A stretch of 64,000 nucleotides of DNA, taken from Chiloscyllium plagiosum (lineage: Eukaryota). The translations under genes and the position numbers were made by a program. The stretch is from NCBI RefSeq assembly GCF_004010195.1, contig NC_057718.1, positions 101,342,629 through 101,406,628 of the forward strand, written 5' to 3'. Under the pieces are notes generated by a model. The model was not told where the DNA came from. It saw only the letters and a program-made list of their open reading frames with translations, and did not search any database. Positions 1 through 11,730 of the stretch are shown piece by piece; position 1 is the stretch's first letter; each line of letters starts with the position of its first letter.

Positions 1-319
1 TTCCAAATGCAGCTGAACTAAAGTCCTATACAACTGTAACATGACCTGCCAACTCTTGTAATCAATACCCTGTCCAATGAAGGAAAGCATGGCGTATGCC
101 TTCTTGACCACTTTACTGACCTACATTGGCACTTTCAGGAAACAATGGACCTGAACACCCAGATCTCTCTGTACATCAATTTTCTCCAGCACTTTTCCAT
201 TTGCAGTATAGTTGGCTATTGAATTGGATCTTCCAAAATACATCACTTCGCTTTTGCCCGGATTGAACTCCATCTGCCATTTCTCTGCCCATCTCTCCAG
301 TCTATCTATATTCTGCTGT
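1..319 (-). mobile_element. CR1 LINE ORF2 (RT C-terminal) fragment
   Basis: Reverse strand matches the CR1 WQMEFN..KC / DLGVQVH..LKV / KKAYAMLSFI region seen in other copies here. Confidence 0.8.
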
Positions 320-614
320 CGGGAGTTGGACTATAACCTGATGTCATGTGACTTCTGACTTGGTCCATGCATGCTGGTACACCTGCTGAGTTTCTCCAGC
401 AATTCCTCTTTCCTTTCAAATCTCCACCATCCACTGTTCTTTGTTTTATTTAAGTGTATTTGTCTTTGGGGGCACAGGTGATATCAAAGAACTGAACATT
501 ACTGTAATCGAAGTGCACGTAGGAACTGCAAGAGTATATATAAGGGCTTTCTAAAGTTGGGAGCAGGACCTATAAGTGAGGTCATGAGCTACAACCTTGG
601 GGTCTTGAATTCTG

Positions 615-1013
615 TTGAAACTTTATTGCTGGAACAGCACAGCAGGTCAGGCAGCATCCAGGGAACAGGAGATTCGACGTTTCGGGCACAGGCCCTTCTT
701 CAGGAATGAGCAGAGAGTGTTCAGCAGGAGAAGATAAAAGGTAGGGAGGAGGGACTTGGAGGAGGGGCGTTGGAAATGTGATAGGTGGAAAGAGGTCAAG
801 GTGAGGGTGATAGGTCGGAGTAGGATGGAGGCGGAGAGGTCAAGAAGAAGACTGCAGGTCAGGAAGGCGGTGCCGGGCTGGAGGGATCCGGCTGAGACAA
901 GGTGGGGGGAGGGGGGATGAAGAAACTGGTGAAGTCCAAGTTCATCCCCTGCGGTTGGAGGGTTCCCAGTCGGAAGATAAGACGCTCCTCCTCCGACCGT
1001 CGGGTTGTTGTGG
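615..1013 (-). mobile_element. Young 5'-truncated Penelope-like element (Neptune-type): GIY-YIG C-terminus plus pseudo-LTR
   Basis: Minus strand translates TTTTRRSEEERLIFRLGTLQPQGMNLDFTSF, a typical PLE GIY-YIG C-terminal motif. Hammerhead core at 672-707. 13-bp TSD gtcttgaattctg at 602-614 and 1149-1161. Confidence 0.85.
672..707 (-). ncRNA. Minimal type-I hammerhead ribozyme motif (PLE-associated)
   Basis: Minus strand: auuc CUGAAGA a gggc cugu gccc GAAAC GUC gaau; stem I auuc/gaau, stem II gggc/gccc. Confidence 0.75.
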
Positions 1014-1344
1014 TTTGATCAGATCCTCCACAGGAGATGACCTCCTAACCCTAACAATGTACCAACATGGATTAACGCCTGACTAGCCACCAGGATACAT
1101 GAACATCAACTAACCACAAAACAACAAGACCCACTCTCACTAGAACTTGTCTTGAATTCTGACCTGTAACAGCCATGCTCCTGCTGTATTCCCCACCTCT
1201 CTATCCCAGTTCTCACTTTTTGAGAGGGGGGGGGGGGGAAGGAGTTGAGTCACGGCATTTTCCAATCCTCCAAAGGGGCTTGCAGTAGGAAAAGGTTTGG
1301 GAAGCCCTGAATGATTAAGGGGGTTGTGTAGAGGAAGAGGAGTA

Positions 1345-1770
1345 AGCCATTCAGCCCATCAAGCCCGCTCTGCCATTTAAATACGATCATCACAGAATCG
1401 CACTGAATTGTTATGGTGCAGAAAGAGGCCATTTGGCCCATCCTACCTGCACTGATCCTTCGTATGAGCACCATTCCCTAGTGCCAGTCTCCTGCTTTCC
1501 TCTCATATCCTTGCACGGTATTTCTTTCCAAATAACCATCCAATGTCCGTCTTGAATGCCTCAATTGAACCTGCCTCCACCATATTTCCAGGGAGTGCAT
1601 TCCGTGCCCTAACCACTCACTGAGTGAAAAATATTCTCAATTCACTCTTGCGGCTTTTAAACATCCCTTTAAATCCACGCCTCTCTCATTTCTTGTTCCT
1701 TGTGTGAGAGGCAACAGCTTCTTTCTTCTACTCTCTCCAGCCGCCTCATAATTTTGAAAATCTGTATCGA
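1345..1770 (-). mobile_element. Degraded CR1 3' end / 3' UTR fragments
   Basis: ggccattcagccc.. and cctgcctccacca.. motifs shared with other CR1 3' ends in the window. Confidence 0.6.
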
Positions 1771-2069
1771 ATCTATCGCCGAGCGAACACTTCAATGCTT
1801 TTTACCCATACTATGGGTCATTGGCAGTCAGACATGTATCAATCTCTGTTTTTTTACACAGACTAAAGGCCTCAGCTTCCTCAGCTGTCTGTGGGGCACC
1901 GTTCCCTATACATGGTGCAGCCACTGGAGGGTTCCACAAAAGCAGAACAGTGCACTGATGCATTGGCTTCCTCAAAACACTATTGTGCACTCTGTGCAGC
2001 AAGATAAACAGTGAGAAGGAGTGTTACTCTGTGGTGGAGAATTCCAAAAATTCACAAACCTCTGAGTAA

Positions 2070-3187
2070 ACCCAACATCTTCTCATCCTGGTCCTCAATC
2101 GCATCCTTCTTGTTTTTAAGTTGTGCCATGGTTCTGCACTCCCCAATCGGGAAACATCCTACCTATATCTACCCTGTCTATGTCCTAGAGTCATAATCAT
2201 TGAGGTCTATAGCTTGGAAACAGGCCTTCAGCCTAACTTGCACATGCTGCCCAATTTTCACAATTAATCTAGTCCCATTTGCCTGTGTCTGGTCCATATC
2301 CCTCCATCCCTATCCCATCCCTGTACCTAAGTGTATCTTAAATAATGAAATTGTACTCACCTCCACCACTTACTCTGACAACCCATTCCAGACACTCACC
2401 ACCCTGTGTGTGAAAACACTACCCCTCTAGCACCTTTTGTATCTCTCCCCTCTTACCTTAAACCTATGCCCTCTAGTTTCAGACTTCCCTGTGACTTGTA
2501 TTATTTTGTAGGTTGCATTGAGACCATCCCAAATTTTCAAAACTCTTAGAGAATACAGGCCCAGTTTGCCCAGTCTCTCTCCCAGAACTAAATCTGGGTA
2601 ACCTTCATTGCACTCCCCCAATGACAGTAAGAGCTTTACTGAGATAAGGAGACCAAAACTGCACATAACGCTCGGGTTGTACTCTAATCAAACTCCTATA
2701 AAATTGAGGCAAAACTTCACCATTCCTGTAATCAAATTTTCTTGTGAAAAACATTAACATTACATTCACCTTCCGAATAACTTGCACACACCTATGTGTT
2801 AGCCTTCAGCGACTTACCAACAATGACATTCAAGTTCCTTTGCACATCTACGTTTTCCAATTTCTCAACATCTAAGAAATACTCTGCCCATCTATTTCAC
2901 TTACAAAAGTAGATACTTTGACATTTTTTCCACACTATATTCTACCTGCCATGTTCTTGTCCACTCACTAAGCCTGTCAAAATCCCCCGAATACATTTTT
3001 CATCACCCTCACAACACAATTTTGATTAGCTTTGTATCATCTGCAAATTTGGAAATACTACATTTGGTCCTCGCATCCAACTCATTGATATATCAAACAG
3101 CTGGGGCCCAGTCTGGATCCTTGTAGGACTCCACTAGTTTCGCTCAGCTGTTGTGAAAATAACCCAATTATTCCTCTTCTGTGTAAT
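2070..3187 (-). mobile_element. CR1 LINE 3'/RT fragments (nested)
   Basis: ORF track shows VQFWSPYL, LGLYSL, TRGHRFKVRGERYK, GVLQGSRLGP. Confidence 0.8.
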
Positions 3188-3628
3188 TGTGAGGCATTTG
3201 TATGTAGGTTTGCTTGCTGAGCTGGAAGGTTCGTTTTCAGATATTTCGTCACCATATTAGGTAACATCTTCAGTGGGCCTCCGAATGAAGCACTGGTGGT
3301 GTAGCCCACTTTCAATTTATATGTTTGAGTTTCCTTGGGATGGTGATGTCATTTCCTGTAGTGACATCATTTCCTATGGTGATGTTATTTTCTGTTCTTT
3401 TTCTCAGGGGGTGGTAAATGGGATCCAAGTCAATGTGTTTACTGATAAAGTTGAATTGGAATGCCATGCTTCTAGGAATTCTCAAGTGTGTCTCTGTTTA
3501 GCTTGTCCTAGGATGGATGTGTTGACCCGGTCAAAGTGGTGTCCTTCCTCAACCGTATGGAAGGGTTCTAGTGAGAGTGGGTCTTGTTGTTTTGTGGTTA
3601 GTTGATGTTCATGTATCCTGGTGGCTAG
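3188..3628 (-). mobile_element. Penelope-like element (Poseidon-type) 3' fragment with GIY-YIG C-terminus
   Basis: Minus strand reads LATRIHEHQLTTKQQDPLSL..EEGHHFD..NTSILGQAKQRH.*EFLEAWHS; hammerhead core near its 3' end. Confidence 0.75.
3238..3275 (-). ncRNA. Minimal hammerhead ribozyme motif (Poseidon-type PLE)
   Basis: ca CUGAAGA u guuacc uaauau ggugac GAAAU AUC ug; 6-bp stem II, very short stem I. Confidence 0.6.
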
Positions 3629-4690
3629 TCAGGCGTTAATCCATGTTGGTACATTGTTAGGGTTAGGAGGTCATCTCCTGTGGAGGATCTGATCAAAAAA
3701 CCTTCTGAAATTCCGAGAACATTGCATCCAGTTTTATCAGTTTTGTTTGTAAAATCCTCAAAACACTCCAACGAATTTGTCAAACAGGATTTCCCATCCG
3801 CAAATCCATGCTGACTATGAAAGGACACTAGTTAGGCCAGTATTGGAATAATGCATGCAATTCTGGTCTCCTTCCTATCAGAAAGATGTTGTGAAACCTG
3901 AAAGGGTTCCAAAAAGATTTACAAGGATGTTGCCAGGGTTGGAGGATTTGAGCTATGGGGAGAGGCTGAACAGGCTGGGGCTGTTTTCCCTGGAGCACCG
4001 TAGGCTGAGGGGTGACCTTATAGAGGTTTACAAAATTATGAGAGGCATGGATAGGGTAAGTAGGCAAAGTCTTTTCCCTGGGGTTGGGGGAGGACATAGG
4101 TTTAGGGTGAGAAGGGAGAGATATAAAAGAGACCTAAGGGGCAACTTTTTCACACAGAGGGTGGTACGGGTATGGAATGAGCTGCCAGAGGAAGTGGTGG
4201 AGGCTGTTACAACTGCAACATTTAAGAGGCATTTGGATGGGTATATGAATAGGAAGGGTTTGGAGGGATATGGGCCAGGTGGTGGCAGGTGGGACTAGAT
4301 TCGGTTGGGATATCTGGTCTGCATGGATGGGTTGGACCGAAGGGTCTGTTTCCATGGTGTACATCTCTATGACTCTACTGTTGGACATCTCACAGGTCAA
4401 TAGTTCGCTGCTTTCTCTCTCGCTCCTTTCATGAGCAGTGGGGTAAAATTTGCTTTTGGGTCACCTGCAGGAATGGTTGTTGGACTGTTGGAATTTTGGA
4501 AGATGGTTACCAGGCATTGATTATGTCTGACCACCTCCTTCAACATTCTGGCATGTAAACGAACAGACCCTGGAGACTTACCAATTTTGATCCCATTAAT
4601 TTCTCCAGTTACAACATTCTTACAAATAATAATAATTTCTTTCAACTCCTCATTTCCCCTTCGTCACTCAGCCCTCTAATTCTGGGAAAG
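3629..4690 (-). mobile_element. Old CR1 RT fragment, interrupted by a younger CR1 at 3828-4377
   Basis: SQHGFADGKSCLTNSLECFED (3625-3828) and KSPG..LHARMLKEV..IFQNS (4397-4645). Confidence 0.75.
3828..4377 (+). mobile_element. CR1 LINE 3' end
   Basis: ORF 3855-4298 QFWSP..RFTRMLPGLEDLSYGERLNRLGLFSLE.RRLRGDLIEVYKIM..FFTQRVVRVWNELP, then 3' UTR ending ctctatgactcta. Confidence 0.92.
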
Positions 4691-4699
4691 CCGAAAGAA

Positions 4700-4877
4700 G
4701 TGCGGATGCTGTAAATCAGAAACAAAAACAAAAATTGCTGGAAAAGCTCAGCATGTCTGGCATCATCGGGTCCGCCGACCCTTCCTCAGAACTGACCCGA
4801 AACGGTAACTCTGATTTCGCTTCACAGATGCTGGCCGACCTGCTGAGCTTTTCCAGCAATTTCTGTTTTTGTCTCGA
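4700..4877. mobile_element. PLE-derived inverted-repeat element, family C (ctgaggaagggtc..gacccgaaac)
   Basis: Arms aaattgctggaaaagctcagc / gctgagcttttccagcaattt with partial hammerhead cores at the centre. Confidence 0.65.
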
Positions 4878-4907
4878 ATTCTGGGAGTTTTCTTGTGTAT
4901 GGGGGAA

Positions 4908-5000
4908 CGAATGTGTGGTGCTGGAAAAGCACAGCCGATCAGACAGCATCCGAGGGGCAGGAGAATCGACATTTCGGGCATAAGCCCTTCATCGGGAACC
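4908..5000 (-). mobile_element. PLE pseudo-LTR fragment, family A (older variant)
   Basis: Similar to 615-710; degenerate core ccgaugaagggcuuaugcccgaaauguc. Confidence 0.65.
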
Positions 5001-5054
5001 CTTCATCACTTTCTCCTGGTTTTCTTGTACATAATCCTTGGTGAAGCTCAGAAA

Positions 5055-5233
5055 TCCTCAAACACCAGCTTATGGTCTGTCAGGTTTATTTGAAATCATG
5101 AGCTTTTAGAGCACGGGTGAACCTGATGAAGGAGCAGTGCTCTGAAAGCTTGTGATTTCCTATTGGACTATAACCTAGTGTCATGTGACTTCTGACCTTG
5201 TCCACCTCAGTCCAACACTGCACCTCTACATCA
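5055..5233 (+). mobile_element. PLE-derived inverted-repeat element, family B, with hammerhead core at 5119-5155
   Basis: ac CUGAUGA a ggagc agu gcucu GAAAG CUU guga, followed by the ttggactataacct..gtgacttctgac tail. Confidence 0.7.
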
Positions 5234-6754
5234 GTACTGGTGAAAATAGTCTGGCAAACAGTCAGAATCTTCAATAGTTAAAGCCTAAGTAAAATTATGA
5301 AGTTGCACTTTACTTACCAGCTAATACTGAGGAGCAGATTAAATAAACTGAATCGCCTTTGAGGTATTGTCGGACATTTTGCATCACCATGGGATGGCAA
5401 CTGACTATAATTCTGATTTTGTGCAACCTCTTCTGCAATTGGCTTTAACTGTGCAACTTCAAAGTAACAATGAGGACAAATGCTGAGGGCAATATAAATT
5501 TAATTTTCACTGGGGCGACTCTGTGAAAAATGAGCACCGGCCAATATTTTTACATGCATTAAAGGAAAGCACAAAAAAATCCATATTTCTTTCTGTCCCT
5601 TGAACACCCACTTCATTAGGTATTAGATACAGAATCATAGTCAGTAGTACGGATATGATAAATATCTTGATTTATGGGGATGAATCACAATCCCTGTCAC
5701 TCAAGAGATACCCAGCTGGCTTCACTAGTGGAGGTATTGATTTTGTTACATTGCTGACCATGGTTTAACGCTGTGTAGGAGTAGTGCAATAAATGAAGTT
5801 TATCATTTCGGTATCACGTTCTGCCTTATATGCTTAGCATTATCTCATTTCCACTTGTAATGAACAGAGTTTGGAACCTGTGTCAGACCAGTATTACTTT
5901 AGCCATCTCAGTGACTGGTAGCAGTTTTATGAAGAAAGGTTATTATTGATGCAGGGCAGTTAGGGAAAACTAATATGTACATACAGAAGGAAACATTTAT
6001 TGCTGATAAATTGGTACTGTTGAAATTTCTCTGCAGCTGAATTAATGTGCTGCTGCTGATTGAAGTGTGTGGCACGTCTCTGGTTTATATATCAAATAAA
6101 CTTGAGATGGCCTAAACAGTGTTGAAAGAATTTTCAAGTGCTATGGAGAATGGAACCTGATGTTGCATTCACATTACGGAGGAGTACATGTAGCTGTGAC
6201 CCAGAGGTTTCAAGATTAAGTCCCTGCGCTCCACAGCCAGGATATAAGATGTAGATCGCATTCAGCCTTGTGTGTGCTGGACCACCTGCAGTGCTTCATC
6301 CAGTAAATTAATTCTGATGGCTCGAAATTATAGTCCTCATGGATTCCAGGTCAGCACACACATCAGCTTCCCTCACCTGTCAACCCACTGAAAGGGCTAG
6401 AATGAACTGTCTGAATAGCATTGATTCCCTCTGCCCCTGCAGTCTGATGCTTAAAACGTGTGACTCCCCATTAACCACTTGATTAGATTTGGACCCAAGT
6501 TGTATTACGATTTCACAAACGAGCAAAATGAGTTCATGACGGGTGATTCAAATTGTACTAACTCTTGAAGAAGAGGGTTTATATCTCGCTTAATCCTGTT
6601 TTGCATCTGTCCTCCATGATTGTGCCTGTTACCTGTGACAATACAGATTCCAAGGTCTTTCAGTGATACAGGGGGTTCTTCTGATTAAGTGATATGTTGA
6701 GTTGAAAACAACATCATATTTAAGCTCCTCACACTCTACCAGTGCTGGCTTATG

Positions 6755-6985
6755 AACACAAGGAATGCTGGACGAACTCTGCAGGATCTGTAGAGAGAGA
6801 AAAACAATTATCGCTTCGAGTTCAGTGCGACTCTTCTTCAAAACTCATCTTCAGTTCTGAAGAAGGGTCAACTCAAAATGTTAACTCTGTCTCTCTCTCC
6901 ACGGGCACTCCCAGACTTGCTGAGTTCCTCCAGCATTATCTTCCTTTGTTTCTGATTTCCAGGAGCTGCAGTATTTTGTTTGTAT
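6755..6985. mobile_element. PLE-derived inverted-repeat element, family C
   Basis: agtt ctgaaga agggtca..aaaatgtt aact with an inverted partner arm. Confidence 0.6.
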
Positions 6986-7184
6986 TGGAGTCTGTACCTT
7001 CAGCTTGTGCCTTGGCCTTACGTTGTGACATTTCCCACCAAACCCTTTTCAATGACCTCACATTGTATAAGCCCCTTCTTGATATCCATCTTGTAGACTA
7101 ATCTCTTTGCTACCCCTCCTAATATCACCTTCCTTCACCCAGCGGTTAAGATGGTGTGGCTGTCACGAATTGCCCCAGGAGTGT

Positions 7185-7640
7185 TTAGGAATCAACCACC
7201 TTACTGTGGGTCTGGAGACACATGTAGGCCAGACCAGGTGAGGATGGCAGATTTCCTTCCCTAAAGACCATGAGTGAACTAGGTGGGCTTTTATCACAAT
7301 TGACAGTGGTTACATGGAGAAGAAAGTGAGGACTGCAGTTGCTGTGGAGAGTCAGAGTTGAAAAGTGTGGCACTAGAAAAGCACAGCAGGTCAAGCAGCA
7401 TCCGAGGAGCAGGAGAATCGATGTTTCGGGCATAAGCTCTTCATCAGGAATGTAGTTACATGGTGGCCATTGGACTAGTTCTGGCCATTGAATCTGTATC
7501 CTTAGAAAATGGAGTATAGGTTTACTAGTCCAGTGACAGTACCACTATGGTATTGCTACCCCAACTAGAGTTTGGAGTCACATGTAGGCCAGACCAGGAA
7601 AGGGTAGCAGATTTCCTTCCTGTTAGAACCAAAGTGGAAG
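7185..7640 (-). mobile_element. SINE-like interspersed repeat (cacatgtaggccagacc..cagatttccttccc family), with a PLE inserted at 7318-7452
   Basis: The same motif recurs at ~28640-28850, ~30000-30220, ~47470-47800, ~48000-48350 and ~58000-58300. Confidence 0.6.
7318..7452 (-). mobile_element. PLE pseudo-LTR family A with tail; hammerhead core 7416-7451
   Basis: auuc CUGAUGA a gagc uuau gccc GAAAC AUC gauu; flanked by the approximate duplication gttacatgg. Confidence 0.7.
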
Positions 7641-7894
7641 GAGTTCACTGTCTCCCTCAAGTCCCACACATCCACAAGTCACAACATGTGCATAAACGAC
7701 GTTTAAGGTAAAGAGTTTAACTCAATTGTCAATATAGCCATTTATGTATGTTCATCTTTTTCCTACATAAATACAAATCCACCAATCAGATTTGTTTAAT
7801 AAACAGCAAAACTATTGATCTATTATAAAACAAAACCTATTGAATATAGTTTGAATTATGACATCATAAGCTCTTCTCAGTAATCTAAGCCGCC

Positions 7895-8300
7895 TGTTTT
7901 CGGAAGAATATCATCAAACTGGAGAGGATTCAGAGCAGATTTACCAAGATGTTGCCAGGTCTGGAAGGTTTGAGTTGTAAAGAAAGGTTGGATAGGCTGG
8001 GACATTTTTCACTGGAGCGAAGGAAGTTGGGAGGCAACCCTTTAGAAGTTTGTAAAATAATAAGAAGTATAGGTAGAGTTAATGGTAGTTGTCTTGTCTC
8101 GGATGGAAGATTTCAAGACGAGGGAGCAGATTTTTCAGATGTGAGGAAGGAGATTTATTGAAGACATGAGAGGCAAATATTTTACACGTGTGTGGAACAA
8201 ACTTCCTGAGGAAGTGGTGAATGTGGGTAGAATTACAACATTTAAAAGACATTTGGATAAGTATGTCAATAGGAAAGGTTTGGAGGGATTTCGGCCACGA
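7895..8300 (+). mobile_element. CR1 3' fragment
   Basis: MLPGLEGLSCKERLDRLGHFSLERR. Confidence 0.8.
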
Positions 8301-8911
8301 TTTGTTTCTTCAGCTCTTGAGTAGAAATTTAAGCAGTCTTTTCAAACCGGGTGAAAGAAAATGAGTCTGTGATCTCTCTCAGCAGGCTACACACCGACTG
8401 AACTCTTCACAAATTCAAATGGCTACATTTCCTGACAGCCGTAGACTCAGACATGTGACCTCAAGTAAAGAAATCCAATCAGTTAGCTTCAGACATATGA
8501 CTTCCAGTAAATGTCCTTTAAGTGATATTTTATAAAGTCCAAGTTCATACCTCTTTAGTCTTTCAAATCAAAATAAAAGTCACAGTCCTTTAAACATAAG
8601 TCCTCAAAAAAATAAGAGTAATGGAAGCATCATCATAGCATTCCCTCAAGGGCATTACTAGACCTGTTGAAAATGAACAATAATCTGTCATTGTGAGTCT
8701 TCCTGGGACTAGCTTTCAGGTTTTATTAATTGCATTGAATCAAGATTCCACAAGCTGCTGTGATGGGATTTGAACCTATGAATTAGGGAATTCATCCCAC
8801 ACCTCTGGATAACTGGTCCTATGGCACACCACACCACCCTCTTCTGATTAGATGGAGAAGGATGGGTGAAGGTTTGTGTGAAGGCTTTAATACCAGTACA
8901 AGACAGTTGGA

Positions 8912-9026
8912 AGGCACCTTTGTGGCATTGTAGTAGTGTCCCTATCTCTGAGCCAGGAGGCCTGATTTCAAGTCCGCTCCAGAGGTGTATAGTTACATCT
9001 CCAATCAGGTTGATTAGAAAATATCT
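8912..9026 (+). mobile_element. Short (~110 bp) tRNA-derived SINE
   Basis: A/B-box-like head, ends gattagaaaatatct; relatives at ~50645-50762 and 63263-63373. Confidence 0.55.
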
Positions 9027-9159
9027 GAAACAGTTGGAACTAGTGGGTTTTTTCTGCACAAGGGTTTGTTTCGGACCCTTTAACATCCCAAAGTATGAAA
9101 CAATTGATTTCATACTTCTGTTGTGAAACTCTGTCATGTCAATAATTGGGCAAAAAGTT

Positions 9160-9346
9160 AGCAATCAAGGAGCAAGAGAGTCGATGTTTCAAGTATAAGC
9201 TGTTCATCAGGCTTTCTCCTGATGAAGAGTTTATACTTGAAACGTTGACTCTCCTGATCCTCGGATGCTGCCTGACCTGCTGTGCTTTTCCAGCACCAGA
9301 CTTTTCGACTCTGATCTCTAGCATCTGCAGTGCTCACTTTCTCCTA
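9160..9346. mobile_element. PLE family A inverted pair (degraded)
   Basis: ttcatcagg-ctttct-cctgatgaa centre with opposed hammerhead-like cores; tail ctgcagtgctcactttctcc. Confidence 0.7.
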
Positions 9347-9838
9347 AGCAATTAGCAGTCAGCTTGTGCCACCATCAATAAAGTAATGACCCGATAATTT
9401 TTCACTGCTGATGACTTGGGGATAAATATTGTCCAGGATACTGAGGTAATTCCCTGACTTGTCTTCAAATTGTAACGTGTTAATCTTTACAGCTGCCAGA
9501 GAGGTCTAAAGGAACCTTGATTTAACCATTCTTCAAAATGATTGACCCCTCGCTGAATGCAACAGTTCCTCAGCGCTTGTCCTACACATGTAACAATGGA
9601 AGGATTCCATCTCGCCCTAGTTTTGATTTCTCTCTGAGTGAACTTATTCGCAACTTGTTGTTTCTGAGCTTGACTCTTTAAGCTCCTTGATTCAAAATCT
9701 GTCTCTTCTATGCCATTCTTTGTTGGGGACACAAATAAATAACTCTCAGTGTCAATGAAGTGTTGTGTAAGACAGAATTCACCTGGGATATGTAACGAAG
9801 AAGTGGCAGATGAGAGTACAATTGCAACATTCAAAAGA

Positions 9839-10110
9839 TTGAAACTTTATTGCTGGAACAGCACAGCAGGTCAGGCAGCATCCAGGGAACAGGAGATTCG
9901 ACGTTTCGGGCACAGGCCCTTCTTCAGGAATGAGCAGAGAGTGTTCAGCAGGAGAACACTCCTGCTGAACACTCTCTGCTCATTCCTGAAGAAGGGCCTG
10001 TGCCCGAAACGTCGAATCTCCTGTTCCCTGGATGCTGCCTGACCTGCTGTGCTGTTCCAGCAATAAAGTTTCAACTTTGATCTCCAGCATCTGCAGACCT
10101 CACTTTCTCC
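9839..10110. mobile_element. Young PLE family A inverted insertion: perfect 116-bp palindrome plus 36-nt tail, inside a CR1 3' end
   Basis: 9839-9954 is the exact reverse complement of 9959-10074 (loop aaca). TSD caacatt(c/a)aaaaga at 9825-9838 and 10112-10125. Confidence 0.9.
9982..10017 (+). ncRNA. Minimal type-I hammerhead ribozyme motif (mirror copy at 9896-9931 on -)
   Basis: auuc CUGAAGA a gggc cugu gccc GAAAC GUC gaau. Confidence 0.75.
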
Positions 10111-10265
10111 CCAACATTAAAAAGAGATTTGAACCGGTACATGGATTGGAAAGGTTTAAAGGGATGTGGACCAAATGCAGGCAAATGGGACTGGTTCGAT
10201 TTAGGAAACCTGGTCAGCGTGGATGAGTTGGACCGAAAGGTCTGTTTCTGTGTTGTATTAATCTA

Positions 10266-10472
10266 TCAGAAGTCACACGACACCAGGTTATTGCTCAATT
10301 ATTTGAAATGACAACCTTTTGGGGCGCTGCTCCTTCATCACATGCACTTCAACTGATGAAGGGGCGGCATTCCAAAAGCTTGTCATTTCAAATAAACCTG
10401 TTGGACTATAACCTGGTGTCATGTGACTTCTGACTTTGTCCACCCCAGTCCAACACTGGCACCTCCCCATCA
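10266..10472. mobile_element. PLE family B inverted pair (degraded hammerheads)
   Basis: tcagaagtcacacgacaccaggtta / taacctggtgtcatgtgacttctga arms; central ctgatgaaggggc..aaaagcttg. Confidence 0.7.
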
Positions 10473-10496
10473 TTTCTGACTCTATGAGCATCTGGT

Positions 10497-10804
10497 GGGC
10501 GGCACGGTGGCACAGTGGTTAGCACTGCTGCCTCACAGCGCCAGAGACCCGGGTTCAATTCCTGACTCAGGCGACTGACTGTGTGGAGTTTGCACATTCT
10601 CCCCGTGTCTGCGTGGGTTTCCTCCGGGTGCTCCGGTTTCCTCCCACAGTCACAAAGATGTGCGGGTCAGGTGAATTGGCCATGCTAAATTGCCCGTAGT
10701 GTTAGGTTAAAGGGGTAATTGTAGGGGTATGGGTCAGTGTGGACTTGTTGGGCCGAAGGGCCTGTTTCCACACTAAGTAATCTAATCTAATCTAATCTAA
10801 TCTA
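10497..10804 (+). mobile_element. Full-length young tRNA-derived SINE (HE1-like)
   Basis: A box tggcacagtgg, B box ggttcaattcc, CR1-like 3' tail gggccgaagggcctgtttcc, (taatc)n end. Confidence 0.9.
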
Positions 10805-11054
10805 TATACCTGGTGGCAGCTGAATGTGAAGCTTAATTAAAATGATGTCAATTGTTTTTGGTATAAAATGATTCATTCCTTTCTTCTGCCATGTTAGAAA
10901 TCCTGTTTGCATTGGGATTGAACAAGCAGAATTCCCAGAATTTGTATTATCGAAGGGGAAAACCATGCCTTGTGTTGTTTGCTAATAAAAACATGATTGA
11001 GCATTTGACAATTAAATTGTCCTGAAATATGAGCTTATGGAGAATAAAAAGGCA

Positions 11055-11730
11055 AATGATCATTGAAACGTAGAGATGCTCTGGTGCAGAGGGATCTGAG
11101 AGTCCTTGTGCATGAATCGCAGAAAGCTAGCATGCAGGTACAGCAGGTAACAGGGAAGGCAAAATGGATTTTGGCCTTTATTGCAAAAGGAATGGACTAT
11201 GAAAGTAGGGAAGTGTTGTTGCAACTGTATGAGGTGTTAGTGAGACCGCACCTGGAGCACTATGTACAGTTTTGGTCCCTTTACTTGAGGAAGGATGTAA
11301 ATCCATTGGAAGCGATTGAAGTAGATTAATTCCAGAGATGAAAGGCTTGTTTCTCGACTTTAGAAAAATGAGAAGAGACATAATTAAGGTATCAAAGATT
11401 GTAAAGGGAATTGACAAAGTGGATGTAGAGAGGATGTTTCCTGTTGTAGGGCAATCTAGAACGAGGGGTCATAGTTTTGGGATAAAGGGTAGCAGATTTA
11501 AAACAGTGATGAGAAATTACTTCTCTCAATGGGTCATGAATCTGGGAACTACTCCCCCAGCTTGCAGTGGATGCCTGGATACTGAATAAATTTAAAATGG
11601 AGATAGACAGATTTTTAATTAGTAATGAGTTAAAAGATTATGGGGAAGTGGTAGAAAAGTAGAGTTGAGGCTGAGGTGAGGTCAGCCATCATCATATTAA
11701 ATAGCAGAGCAGGCTCAAGGGGCTGAATGA
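11055..11730 (+). mobile_element. CR1 3' fragment
   Basis: QRDLRVLVH..LLQLYEVLVRPHLEHYVQFWS..TRGHS. Confidence 0.85.

Noticed and set aside
9749..10074. Near-identical ORFs on both strands (KLYCWNSTAGQAAS...)
   Set aside because: They are a by-product of the DNA palindrome in non-coding PLE termini.
10497..10562. tRNA genes at A/B-box motifs
   Set aside because: These are SINE heads followed by the SINE core and LINE-like tail; no complete cloverleaf was recognised.
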